A stretch of DNA of 64,000 nt from Oscillospiraceae bacterium (GTDB lineage Bacteria > Bacillota > Clostridia > Oscillospirales > CAG-272): assembly GCA_015063545.1 (NCBI GenBank), contig SVTX01000005.1, positions 1,247 through 65,246 on the forward strand, given 5' to 3'. Shown one piece after another: positions 27,753-37,700 of the stretch; position 1 is the stretch's first letter, and the number at the start of each line of letters is the position of its first letter. Below the pieces are notes generated by a model that saw only the letters and a program-made list of their open reading frames with translations, searched no databases and had not been told where the DNA came from. The position numbers and the translations under genes are program-made.

Positions 27753-30700
27753 TTGGAGAAATCTATGTTTAAGTACAATTACATTATTGAAAAACTGACA
27801 GATGAGCAGAAGATAAAAATGCTTACCGATATACGGTATCTGTCGGATATAGAGCTTAAGATGCTGGGAGTGCCGGGTGTAAACATAGCATCGCTGGAGG
27901 ACTATTATAGAAACGTATATCCGTCTCCTGTTGCATTGGCAAATTCGTGGAACACACAGCTTATAGGAGACGTAGCTGATGATATATACAGGACTATGTC
28001 TGCGGGATATGTAAATCACGCTATAGTACCCAATCCTAAAATAAAGATAAATCCTTGCCGCAAGGCGCTTTCTGAGGATCCGTATTTGGCATCTGCCATT
28101 AGCGGAGAATATCTGAAACGCGCAAATTTCCTTCGGCTCTCGACGAGTATGACGGGATTTTACGTAAAGGGAGATGAGACTGAGTGGCTTGATGATGTTC
28201 CAAATGACAGGATAATCAATAACTATATAGTGGATCCGTACAGACGCGCTATGAAGATGGGAGCGTGTAGCGGAATAATAAGTGACGCATCACACTTCAA
28301 GCATTCTTACGACGGTGTTAACACTGCCTTATCCCAAACCGTGACAAGCGGAGCTATGGCAGGCAACAAGGTATGGTATATCAACAGAAGCGCTTCTTCT
28401 GATGAGACGGTTTTCTGCATAGTGAACGGAACGATATGCTTCAGCGCATCGGACCGAGCTTTACGCGCGGCTTATAAACGTTATCATTCTTTGGAGAGAT
28501 CGGTGAAAAACGGAAATACGACGGTTGGAGAATTGGATCTTGAGATCGAGCAGTTCCGAGCAATATCACCCGAAATGCTCAATAAAGCGATAGACGGACT
28601 TTTGGATTTTGCATTTGCTTGCTCACAGAACCAAGTGGGCAATATGATATACCCCGTAAACAGGAAACAACTGGCATCAGTAGCGGCACAAGAATCTGTC
28701 GTGTTGCTTAAAAATGCTTGCGATATTCTGCCATTATCGGCTCATGCCAAGGTCGCGCTTATGGGTGACATTCTCAGAGATGGGGGCGAAGGTGTGCGCG
28801 ATGAAAGCGAATTTGTCGATTGCTTCAACTCACTGGGATACGAATGTGTGGGCTTTGCTCCGGGCTATAACATAAGAAGCGAGGTCGGAGACAATCTGAT
28901 AGGTGATGCGGTAAGACTTGCTTCAAGTGCCGATATTGCGGTGCTGTTTTTGGGCACTACGGCGGCACATGAGCATTACATAACCAAAACCAATAAGCTA
29001 ACACTGCCCGCAAATCAACTTGCTTTGGCTGAAGCAATATACAATACCCACAAGAGCGTTATAGTAGTTATGTCAGGTAACTATGCCATAGATATAGATT
29101 TTGCCAAACGGGCAGACGGATTTATATTGGCTCCGCTTAATTGCAGAGACGGTGTGCTTGCGGCTATCAGTACAATTACAGGAGAGATCAATCCTTGCGG
29201 CAAGCTTACAAATTCCCTTTACAGTAATACAAGACACATGCTCGAAAAGCAGCATGCCTACAGAACGGTATGGAAAAATAAGGTCGGTCCGTTTTTTGGA
29301 TACCGTTATTATGATACGGCAAATATAGATGTCGGCTATCCTTTCGGTTTTGGTCTTTCTTATACCAAATTTGCCTATTCGGCATTAGAGGTAAACGGCG
29401 ATACTGTAAGCTTTGCCGTCAAGAACAGTGGCAAAATGGCGGGCGCAGAGATCGCTCAGATATACGTGGGAATAGAGGAGTCGTCAGTCATCCGCCCCAA
29501 AAAGGAATTGGTCGGATTTGCGAAGATACATCTGGATCCCGGACAGAAAAAAACGGTAAAGCTTAAAATAGAGCTACCCAAAATATATGACACAAAGACG
29601 GGTATGTCCGAAACGGAACGCGGAAACTACACCGTATACGTAGCATCTGCGGTAAACGATATCCGATTGCAGAAAACAATATTCGGAGGAAATAAACCGC
29701 TTGAACCGCAGAGAGATAAGCTTTGCGATTATCTTCAATCCGAATCAAATATTTTCGCGGGCAAATATACATTGGAGGCAAATTATAAACCTATGAAAAA
29801 ATCAGCAAAAAATTTGGTGTTTGGCATTTCCGCTTTTATTTTGGCGGTGTGCATTTTGGCATATTGTATGATAACCGATATAGATGCAGTGTTCTTCAAG
29901 CTGATATCGGCGGCGCTTTGCGTGGCAGCGGTGATATTCTTTGGTATTGAGATATCCGAGCGAAATCAAGCTCGCGAGAAGGCGCGAAAGGAAATGGATA
30001 AAATAAATAAGCAAGCATTTGGCGATGCAAAACAAGTTCCCGTATTTGCCGCAGGACAGATGTTTGTAAAGGAGTTTGACTCTATAGACAAGAGTGTTTC
30101 TGCCGATAAGCCCAAGCAGGATAATCAGTTTGCGGCAGAATATATGGCGCATATCAATAAGCAGCTTACCTATTCAAAGGCGTGTGAGGAGTTTGAAGCG
30201 TTTGCGGCACAGAGAGGATTCAGTTTTAGCGCCGATACCGTAAGAGAGATATTCTGTGCGATATCTACCTCGCGTCTTATTGTAGTGCGTGGCATGGTGA
30301 GTGAAAATTTTGCTAATCTTGTGCATTTGCTTTGCGAATACTTTGAATCTCCGTTCTTCATGGATAGAATAGATTCATCGTATATAAACGAAGATCGAGT
30401 TTTGTTCGGTCAAGCGCAGGATGGTTCAAGAATCAAAAGACCGATTATGCTTGCTATGGAAGCGGCATCAAACGTAAAGCAGAATATTCATTTTGTTGCT
30501 CTTGACGGTGTTAAAACGGCGGATATATCAAACTACTTTGTGCCGTTTGCGAGATACGCGGGCAACCCGTACAGTAAGTGCAGCATTTCTGCTATGAATC
30601 AAAAGAACGTTCCGGTAACATACTATATCCCCGAAAATTTGTGGTTTATTATAAACCTTGACAAGGATCAGACGCTTGATACCTTGCCCGGGTATATTTC

Positions 30701-31142
30701 CAATATTGCATCTGTAAACGATTTTGAATTTGCAAGGACAACACCATCGGGAGCCATGACACAGGTATTCAGCTTCAAATACTATCAGCTTGACTACCTG
30801 AGCGAAAAGATCAAGTCATATGAGTTGGATGAGGATGTCTGGAAGAAGATAGACAGATTTGAGGAATACGTAAATTCTCACGAGCCTTATCACATCGGAA
30901 ATAAGCAGTGGTTGGGACTTGAAAAATACGCGGCAGTATTTATGGCGTGTGACGGAGAACGTGAAATGGCAATCGATCACGCTATGTCGGCAAGACTATT
31001 GCCTTCGGTGGTATCAGTGCTTTCTGCAAAGATATCCAAAGAAGATAGGGGAGTGTGCGAAACACTCGGAAATATTTTCGGAGAAGAAAACGTAAGCTGT
31101 AGCTGTAAAGTAATCAAGGACAGCGGAGCAGATATTATTTGA
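27753..31142 (+). CDS. chimeric protein: GH3-like (divergent barrel + conserved alpha/beta-sandwich + Fn3-like) module, TM hairpin, degenerate McrB/AAA_5-like domain
   Basis: GH3 C-domain and Fn3-like blocks are clear (VVLLKNACDILPL; NPCGKLTNSLY; PFGFGLSYTKFAY; AEIAQIYVG...RPKKELVGFAKIHL). There is no N-terminal signal peptide. Two TM helices lie at about 29812-29950. The C-terminal region aligns with the next gene's AAA+ core but has GMVSENFAN in place of Walker A and LDGVK in place of LDEMN. Confidence 0.7.
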   Translation: MEKSMFKYNYIIEKLTDEQKIKMLTDIRYLSDIELKMLGVPGVNIASLEDYYRNVYPSPVALANSWNTQLIGDVADDIYRTMSAGYVNHAIVPNPKIKINPCRKALSEDPYLASAISGEYLKRANFLRLSTSMTGFYVKGDETEWLDDVPNDRIINNYIVDPYRRAMKMGACSGIISDASHFKHSYDGVNTALSQTVTSGAMAGNKVWYINRSASSDETVFCIVNGTICFSASDRALRAAYKRYHSLERSVKNGNTTVGELDLEIEQFRAISPEMLNKAIDGLLDFAFACSQNQVGNMIYPVNRKQLASVAAQESVVLLKNACDILPLSAHAKVALMGDILRDGGEGVRDESEFVDCFNSLGYECVGFAPGYNIRSEVGDNLIGDAVRLASSADIAVLFLGTTAAHEHYITKTNKLTLPANQLALAEAIYNTHKSVIVVMSGNYAIDIDFAKRADGFILAPLNCRDGVLAAISTITGEINPCGKLTNSLYSNTRHMLEKQHAYRTVWKNKVGPFFGYRYYDTANIDVGYPFGFGLSYTKFAYSALEVNGDTVSFAVKNSGKMAGAEIAQIYVGIEESSVIRPKKELVGFAKIHLDPGQKKTVKLKIELPKIYDTKTGMSETERGNYTVYVASAVNDIRLQKTIFGGNKPLEPQRDKLCDYLQSESNIFAGKYTLEANYKPMKKSAKNLVFGISAFILAVCILAYCMITDIDAVFFKLISAALCVAAVIFFGIEISERNQAREKARKEMDKINKQAFGDAKQVPVFAAGQMFVKEFDSIDKSVSADKPKQDNQFAAEYMAHINKQLTYSKACEEFEAFAAQRGFSFSADTVREIFCAISTSRLIVVRGMVSENFANLVHLLCEYFESPFFMDRIDSSYINEDRVLFGQAQDGSRIKRPIMLAMEAASNVKQNIHFVALDGVKTADISNYFVPFARYAGNPYSKCSISAMNQKNVPVTYYIPENLWFIINLDKDQTLDTLPGYISNIASVNDFEFARTTPSGAMTQVFSFKYYQLDYLSEKIKSYELDEDVWKKIDRFEEYVNSHEPYHIGNKQWLGLEKYAAVFMACDGEREMAIDHAMSARLLPSVVSVLSAKISKEDRGVCETLGNIFGEENVSCSCKVIKDSGADII

Positions 31143-31167
31143 GTACAGAATTGTAAGGAGAAGGAAT

Positions 31168-32496
31168 ATGTTAATTTTTCCTAAACTTTTAGACTTTGGT
31201 GCGATAAAAAGTATTGCCGCATCTCTTCCCGGGATGTTTACATCGGGAACAGCAATAATAATTTATCTTTTTATAATTCTCTCAATTATCGCTATACTTG
31301 TTATCTCAATAATAATCAGCGAGAACAAAAACAGCTCCAAGGCATCTGCCTCAGAGCAATCTCCGCAGGTTATTAACATTTCCGGTATTTCAAAAACCAC
31401 CGAGGAAGAACCCGGTCGAGAGAGATTTTGTATGCTGAACAGAATAGACGAGAAGAGAAATGAGTACGGACACGAAAAATACGAGCGTCAGATAAGTCTT
31501 GAGGCTATATGTGAAAATTTCCGGAACTATTCGGCAAGTAAGCTTGGACTGTATTACGATATAGACGATATAAGAAGATTTGTAGCAGGGATGTCGGTAT
31601 CAAGAATACTGATACTTCAAGGCATGTCGGGAACGGGAAAAACGTCTATGGCGCATGCATTCGGAAAGTTTATAGATAATCCCTCAACAGTCATCCCGGT
31701 GCAGCCTATGTGGAAGGAGAGAACCGACCTTATAGGATACTATAACGAGTTTACAAAGAGATTTAACGAGACGTTGCTTTTGGAGAAGATGTACGAAGCG
31801 AACTACAGCAAGGACATGTACGTAACGGTTCTTGATGAGATGAATATAGCGAGAGTAGAGTATTACTTTGCGGAATTTTTGTCTCTTTTGGAGCTTCCTA
31901 ATCCTGAAGAAAGATATCTTGAGGTAGTGTCTGACAGATGGGAGACGGACCCTGTACAGCTCAGAGACGGAAGGATAAAGCTACCCGAGAACATGTGGTT
32001 TGTGGGAACTGCAAACAATGACGACTCTACGTTTGCGATATCGGACAAGGTATATGACAGAGCGATGATACTGAATCTTGATAAGAAGAACGAGAGATTT
32101 GTAGCCCCGAACACCGAGAAGATGTGTATATCGGCAGAGCAGTTTGTGGCACTCACGGAGAATGCCAAGAAGGAGTATGCGGTAAGTCGCAGAAACAGAA
32201 ACAGACTTGAAGAATTTGACAAATATCTCATCAAGCACTTTGGAATAACCTTCGGAAACAGAATAATGAAGCAGATACTCAGCTATATTCCCGTGTATAT
32301 AAGCTGCGGAGGAGATGAGCTCGAGGCGCTTGACGATATACTGTCAAAGAAAGTAATAAGAAAGCTTGAAACTCAGAACCCCATATATCTCAGACAGGCA
32401 TCGGAAGAGCTTTTGACTTATATGGATGAGCTGTTCGGAGCAGAGAACATGGGTATATGCCGTGAGCATATTCGTAAATTACAGAGAAATGCGTAA
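31168..32496 (+). CDS. membrane-tethered McrB/AAA_5-family NTPase
   Basis: N-terminal TM helix (TAIIIYLFIILSIIAILVISIII). Walker A GMSGTGKTS (31621-31647), Walker B VLDEMN (31831-31845) and the MWFVGTANNDDST block are typical of McrB-like AAA+. Confidence 0.75.
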   Translation: MLIFPKLLDFGAIKSIAASLPGMFTSGTAIIIYLFIILSIIAILVISIIISENKNSSKASASEQSPQVINISGISKTTEEEPGRERFCMLNRIDEKRNEYGHEKYERQISLEAICENFRNYSASKLGLYYDIDDIRRFVAGMSVSRILILQGMSGTGKTSMAHAFGKFIDNPSTVIPVQPMWKERTDLIGYYNEFTKRFNETLLLEKMYEANYSKDMYVTVLDEMNIARVEYYFAEFLSLLELPNPEERYLEVVSDRWETDPVQLRDGRIKLPENMWFVGTANNDDSTFAISDKVYDRAMILNLDKKNERFVAPNTEKMCISAEQFVALTENAKKEYAVSRRNRNRLEEFDKYLIKHFGITFGNRIMKQILSYIPVYISCGGDELEALDDILSKKVIRKLETQNPIYLRQASEELLTYMDELFGAENMGICREHIRKLQRNA

Positions 32497-32518
32497 GGTA
32501 ACTAATATTTAAGAAATC

Positions 32519-34711
32519 ATGAAAAACAGAATTAAGATAACCAATACAATATGTGTTCTTATCGTTGGAACTGTTTTGTCGTTGGCGTTGGCTCTTACTT
32601 GCTTGGCATTATTCAGTGATGACTTGTTTTCATCTGATGATCCGGGGCAGAGTGGCGGCGGTGCGTCCTTGGGAGAAGAAATATACAAGGATTACTTTGG
32701 CAATGTTGAGATTCCCAGTAACATAGAGTATCCCAGCGAGCTGTTTAGCGGAGATTTGCCGTCGGAATGGCCCTCGGAGTTCCCGTCGGAGTTCCCGTCG
32801 GAATGGCCGTCGGAATGGCCGTCGGAATGGCCGTCGGAGTTCCCGTCGGAATGGCCCTCGGAGTTCCCGTCGGAGTTCCCGTCGGAATGGCCGTCGGAAT
32901 GGCCGTCGGAGTTCCCGTCGGAATGGCCGTCAGAGTGGCCGTCGGAGTTCCCGTCGGAATGGCCGTCGGAATGGCCGTCGGAGTTCCCGTCGGAATGGCC
33001 GTCAGAGTGGCCGTCGGAGTTCCCATCGGAATTTCCATCTGAGGATGGCGGAATAGGAATCCCTCCCGATGACGCAGGAGATAATAAGATTGCATATATT
33101 ATCCAATCCGATCAAACCGAAAGGCTTTATCTCAAAGGGCAAAGCTTCGGAAATTATACAGGCAATTCATGGACAGCGGCGACACAATACAACACGTTGA
33201 TAAATGGGAAGTATTCAGCTGCATATCTGCCGGGATTGCGTCTTGAGGCGAACAGCGCAAGACGGTATACAGTAAAAATAAATCCTCAGTTGAATCAATA
33301 CGTTTATCCGTATTTCATATCTACCGCAACGGACACTGTTCAGTACAGTGATGTTGTTGCGGTTGGAAATGCGAATGATATATACGAGGTATATTATTAT
33401 CTTTCGAATCCGCAGAACAATATTTATATTCCCGGTATTGCGGAATACGAAGAACAGTACAGAAATTTTGTGTACGACAATTATCTGTATGTAGATAGCG
33501 AGACTTACAGATATATGTCTTCGCTTATCGATGCAAACGGATGGAGTAAATACGACGCAGATATTATTCAAAAGATTGCCGGATACATACAGGGCTCTGC
33601 AAAATATAACCTGAAATATGACAGAGCACTTGACAAAGAAAGCAATATAGCGATATCATTCCTTGACGAGTACAAGGAGGGAATATGCCAACACTATGCG
33701 ACTGCGGCTACGCTATTATACAGATCTTTAGGTATTCCCGCGAGATATACGGTAGGATTTACCGCGCAGACAATAGCGGGGCAGTGGGTGAATGTAAGCT
33801 ACAGTAATGCCCACGCATGGGTAGAGATATATATTGACGGTGTGGGTTGGCAGTACGTAGAGGTTACAGGATCATCATCTACCGTTCCCCCCGATGATCC
33901 AGATTATCCGGATGATTACGTCATAACGGGGCTTAACATAAGGCCTGAGCGTGTAGAAAAACAATACGACGGTAATCCTTTGGCGCCTGTAAATAGGATC
34001 ACAGGATTTGAAGATTGGGAGAAGAGAGGCTATTCTTATAGCGTTGTTGTGTCCGGTGAGGCAGTATATCCCGGAGTATATCGGTCACAGATAGAATCTA
34101 TAATTTTCTACGATCCTGATAATAACGATATAACCTCGCGTGTACAATATAACACGCATTCCGGAACTATGCACGTTTATATTTGCGAACTTTATTTTGT
34201 CAGTGACGCTATGGAAAAGGAATATGACGGCAAGATATTTGAGACTTATCCGGAAAACTATCACTTGCAGTACGGTGAGCTTATTGAAGGATATACATAC
34301 CGCATAACCCCGAATGTATCCGCAGTCAACGTAGGCAATGGAATTAACTCATTTGATGTGGAAATTCTGGATGAATCCGGCAATGATATAAGCTCGCTAT
34401 ACAAGATAATAAAGGTCTGCGGCGTTTTGGAGATAACTCCGACATCGCTGGTTATCAAAGCTAAGGATGCGACGAAGCCATACGACGGCACGGCGCTGAC
34501 GTGCAACGAAATAGAGATGATAAGCGGCATGCTTGCAGAGGGTGACAGATTGGCAAACTATGAGGTCATAGGAAGTCAGACTGAGATAGGCCGTTCCGAA
34601 AACATTATAGATATCACCTCAGTCCTTATTTTAAACGAGCATAATGAAAATGTTACGAGCAACTATCAGATAGAGTTGCAAAACGGAAAGCTGAGAGTCA
34701 CTAAGGAATGA
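32519..34711 (+). CDS. surface-exposed transglutaminase-core protein with (PSEW/PSEF) repeat stalk and C-terminal MBG-type modules
   Basis: N-terminal signal-anchor helix. Transglutaminase core is [28 protein letters not shown] (Cys390) ... [21 protein letters not shown] (His432, Glu448). There are three YDG...YG modules at the C-terminus. Confidence 0.8.
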   Translation: MKNRIKITNTICVLIVGTVLSLALALTCLALFSDDLFSSDDPGQSGGGASLGEEIYKDYFGNVEIPSNIEYPSELFSGDLPSEWPSEFPSEFPSEWPSEWPSEWPSEFPSEWPSEFPSEFPSEWPSEWPSEFPSEWPSEWPSEFPSEWPSEWPSEFPSEWPSEWPSEFPSEFPSEDGGIGIPPDDAGDNKIAYIIQSDQTERLYLKGQSFGNYTGNSWTAATQYNTLINGKYSAAYLPGLRLEANSARRYTVKINPQLNQYVYPYFISTATDTVQYSDVVAVGNANDIYEVYYYLSNPQNNIYIPGIAEYEEQYRNFVYDNYLYVDSETYRYMSSLIDANGWSKYDADIIQKIAGYIQGSAKYNLKYDRALDKESNIAISFLDEYKEGICQHYATAATLLYRSLGIPARYTVGFTAQTIAGQWVNVSYSNAHAWVEIYIDGVGWQYVEVTGSSSTVPPDDPDYPDDYVITGLNIRPERVEKQYDGNPLAPVNRITGFEDWEKRGYSYSVVVSGEAVYPGVYRSQIESIIFYDPDNNDITSRVQYNTHSGTMHVYICELYFVSDAMEKEYDGKIFETYPENYHLQYGELIEGYTYRITPNVSAVNVGNGINSFDVEILDESGNDISSLYKIIKVCGVLEITPTSLVIKAKDATKPYDGTALTCNEIEMISGMLAEGDRLANYEVIGSQTEIGRSENIIDITSVLILNEHNENVTSNYQIELQNGKLRVTKE
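32759..33046 (+). repeat. 12-nt in-frame tandem array, 23 units encoding PSEW/PSEF plus a terminal PSED
   Basis: The units ccgtcggaatgg / ccgtcggagttc are nearly identical. Rare variants (ccctcggagttc, ccgtcagagtgg) recur with 84- and 72-nt higher-order periods. Confidence 0.95.
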
Positions 34712-34747
34712 CAAGAAAGCACAAATTAGAACAAAGGCGGAAAAAGT

Positions 34748-37700
34748 ATGCGTTACGATAATTATCAAAGAAAAGTGAATAAATTTGTGGAATTTATGCG
34801 CAAGGTAGTAGCGCACATTCCTCAGATAATTATTGCTTTTGCGGCATTTGTGGCAATTGTAGTGACGCTGCTATTGACAAAGGGGCTTGTGTACGGAGAG
34901 AGTGAATGTCCTACGCAAATAACCTACGGCGACAAAGTTAGCTATACGGCGAAGGCATTTATGGGCAAGGTGAATTATGAGTACTGTGAGCAGGGAACTG
35001 ATAATTGGAGCACTCAAATGCCTACAATGCCCGGAAAATATAAAATTCGAGCTGCATCAAAAGCGACGTTTGGCAGAACGTATTACGGAGATGTGTACGA
35101 GTTTACCGTAATTCCAAAGACTATTGACGTAAAAATTTCGGATTCACAAGTAATATACGGGGAAGAGCCCAACGTATCTGCCAAAGTTGCCCGCGGTGAC
35201 AAATTATCTTGCGATAATTTCATATTTACAGATATATCGCAAAAGCAAACAGACGTTTGCGCAGATATTGAAGCCATTTCTATATTGAATAAAGACGGAC
35301 AGGATGTAACGGGGGCATACGTTATAAACACGCCCACTTCGGCTATAACGCTCTTGCCGCGCGATCTGGGTATCAAGGTCTCGGATGCATCTATGGTATA
35401 TAACGGACAGGAGTTCTCATTTGACGGATATGAAATAATCGAAGGAACCCTTGCTTATGAAGATAACCTTGTCGCAGTATTCAAGGATAGTATAATTGAT
35501 GCCGGTCAGATCGAAAACTCTCCTGATTTGTGTATTTACGGTAAAAATGGAGTGGATGTAACAAAGCATTATAAATTCGCTCTGGAGACAGGCAAGCTTA
35601 CGGTTGAAAAACGTCCGATCATAGTTGCCACGGGCGGATATGAAGGTGTATATGACGGACAAAAGCATTATCTGACAGAGTACACGATCGACAGTTCGAC
35701 TGCTCTTGTTGAAGGTCATAGTCTGAATATCAAAGATTTCTCTACAATAACAGATTGCGGAGAAACAGATAATGTAATAGCATTCAATGTGGTCGATACA
35801 GAGAGTATTGATCGTACAAACAACTATTCCTTTTTTGTCAACACTGGAGTTTTAAAGATAACTCCCAAGCCCATAACAGTCCAGACATCAAATGACTCTT
35901 GGGTGTATGACGATGAGGAAAAATCATGTGCGGAATATACGGTCAGCGGTATTGTTGATACACATACGCATTACGCAGTAACCAACACGCATATAAAAAC
36001 AGTCGGCACAAAGCCTAATGAACTGACTGTGGCCATATTCGATGGAGAAAGAGACGTTACGTCAAATTACGATATTGAATATAGCTATGGAACTCTTGAG
36101 GTGTTTGTGCGCCATGTGGTTATACTTACAGCAAGCCAAACGTGGATGTATGACGGCAAGCCCCATATCTGTGCTGATTATGAAGTGACGTCAAAGTACG
36201 GTATAGTGCCCGGACATACTTTGAACGTGGGTGAATATACTACAATTACCAATGTTGATACTGCAACAAATGAATTTTCTGACATTACGGTTACAGGACG
36301 CAGTGGAGAAGACGTAACATCAAATTACAGCATAAGAACGAATAATGGTTGGTTGAATGTAACTTCGCGGCTTGTTACGGTGAAGCCTGCGGATAACAGT
36401 AAAATATACGATGGAACTCCGCTTATATCAGAGAAGCTTGAAATTACAGAAGGCTCATTGGCAGAGGGGCAGACGATCAATGCTACATTTGAGGGAAGCA
36501 TCACGGATATAAATTGGGATGCATACAATTCTTCAAGACAGACCACGGTTGTAAATTCCTTTATCATAGGTGTCCGAATATGTGATACCGAGGGAAGAGA
36601 TGTTTCTTCTAACTATACCGTAACGCGACTGCCGGGAGAGTTGGCTCTGACACAGAGACATATTCTTGTAATGACAGACAGCGCGGAAAAAATATATGAC
36701 GGTACGCCTCTTGCGAATAGTGGGTTCCGAATAAATACAGCTATATCGGACGGACTCGTCAGTGGGCACAGTGTTGCAAATTATAAATTTACCGGCTCGA
36801 TAACAGATGTCGGCGTCGTTTATAATATGATGTCCGTTATTAAAATTTCAAATGAGTCGAATAGGGATGTAACGCATAATTATTACATAGAATACAGCTT
36901 CGGCTCACTGAGCATAGATCACAGACCTATAACAGTAAAGACGGAAAGCTTTTCCAAGGTATATGACGGACAGACGGTAGAATGTAAGGAATACAGCATA
37001 ATAACAAACGAAACATCAATGGGGCTTGCGCCCGGCCAGTATGTGGGAGATATATCGTTTGCCGATAGCGGACTTGTTGATGTTGGAAGTGCGTTTAATG
37101 AGGTGGATCACATAGTGATCTGCGATAGCTCCGGTGTTGATCGTACATATAATTACGAAATAAGCTACGATAAAGGTGTGCTTACGATTACTCAAAGGCC
37201 CATCACTGTTACATCGGACAGTGCATCAAAGGTGTATGACGGAACACCGCTTGTATGTCATACGTTCAAAGTTTCAACAACCCCGTACGGACTGGTTTCA
37301 GGTCATACCGTAAGCGCAAAGTTTACAGGAACGCTTACTGACGTTGCTACCGGTGTGAAAAACAAATTTAGTGTCGAAAATATTTATGACATATACGGAA
37401 ATGATGTTACGCGCAACTATTCCGTTTCGTATGAATACGGAACCCTGACAGTTACGCACAGACCTATCAAAGTTATATCCCAAAGTGCATCAAAGATGTA
37501 TGACGCAAATCCGTTAACGTGTTATGAATATTCCATCCCCGACACACTGTACGGATTGGTGGCATGGCATGAGATCAGCTTAAACTTTAGTGCTTCGGTT
37601 ACCGATGTTGCGGATAATGTAACCAACATGTTTACCGTTATCGACATTACCGACGGTGAAGGAAATTCCGTTATAGATAATTACGAGATAACGTGTGAGT

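Noticed and set aside
27753-32496. McrBC-type restriction or defence system.
   Set aside because: There is no McrC or nuclease ORF and no DNA-binding N-terminal domain. Both AAA+-type proteins are membrane-anchored and co-operonic with surface proteins. A DNA-targeting role is unlikely, though I have not formally excluded it.
32759-33046. Possible CRISPR-like array or non-coding satellite.
   Set aside because: The units are 12 nt with no spacers. They are perfectly in frame and embedded in a long ORF with a signal anchor upstream and an enzyme core downstream. This is a coding tandem repeat.
32745-33095. ORFs 32745-33095 (-) and 32767-33042 (+) with PTGTPTAI / GVPVGMAV repeats.
   Set aside because: They are alternative-frame or antisense readings of the 12-nt PSEW/PSEF array inside the transglutaminase gene. 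They exist only because the repeat lacks stop codons in these frames.
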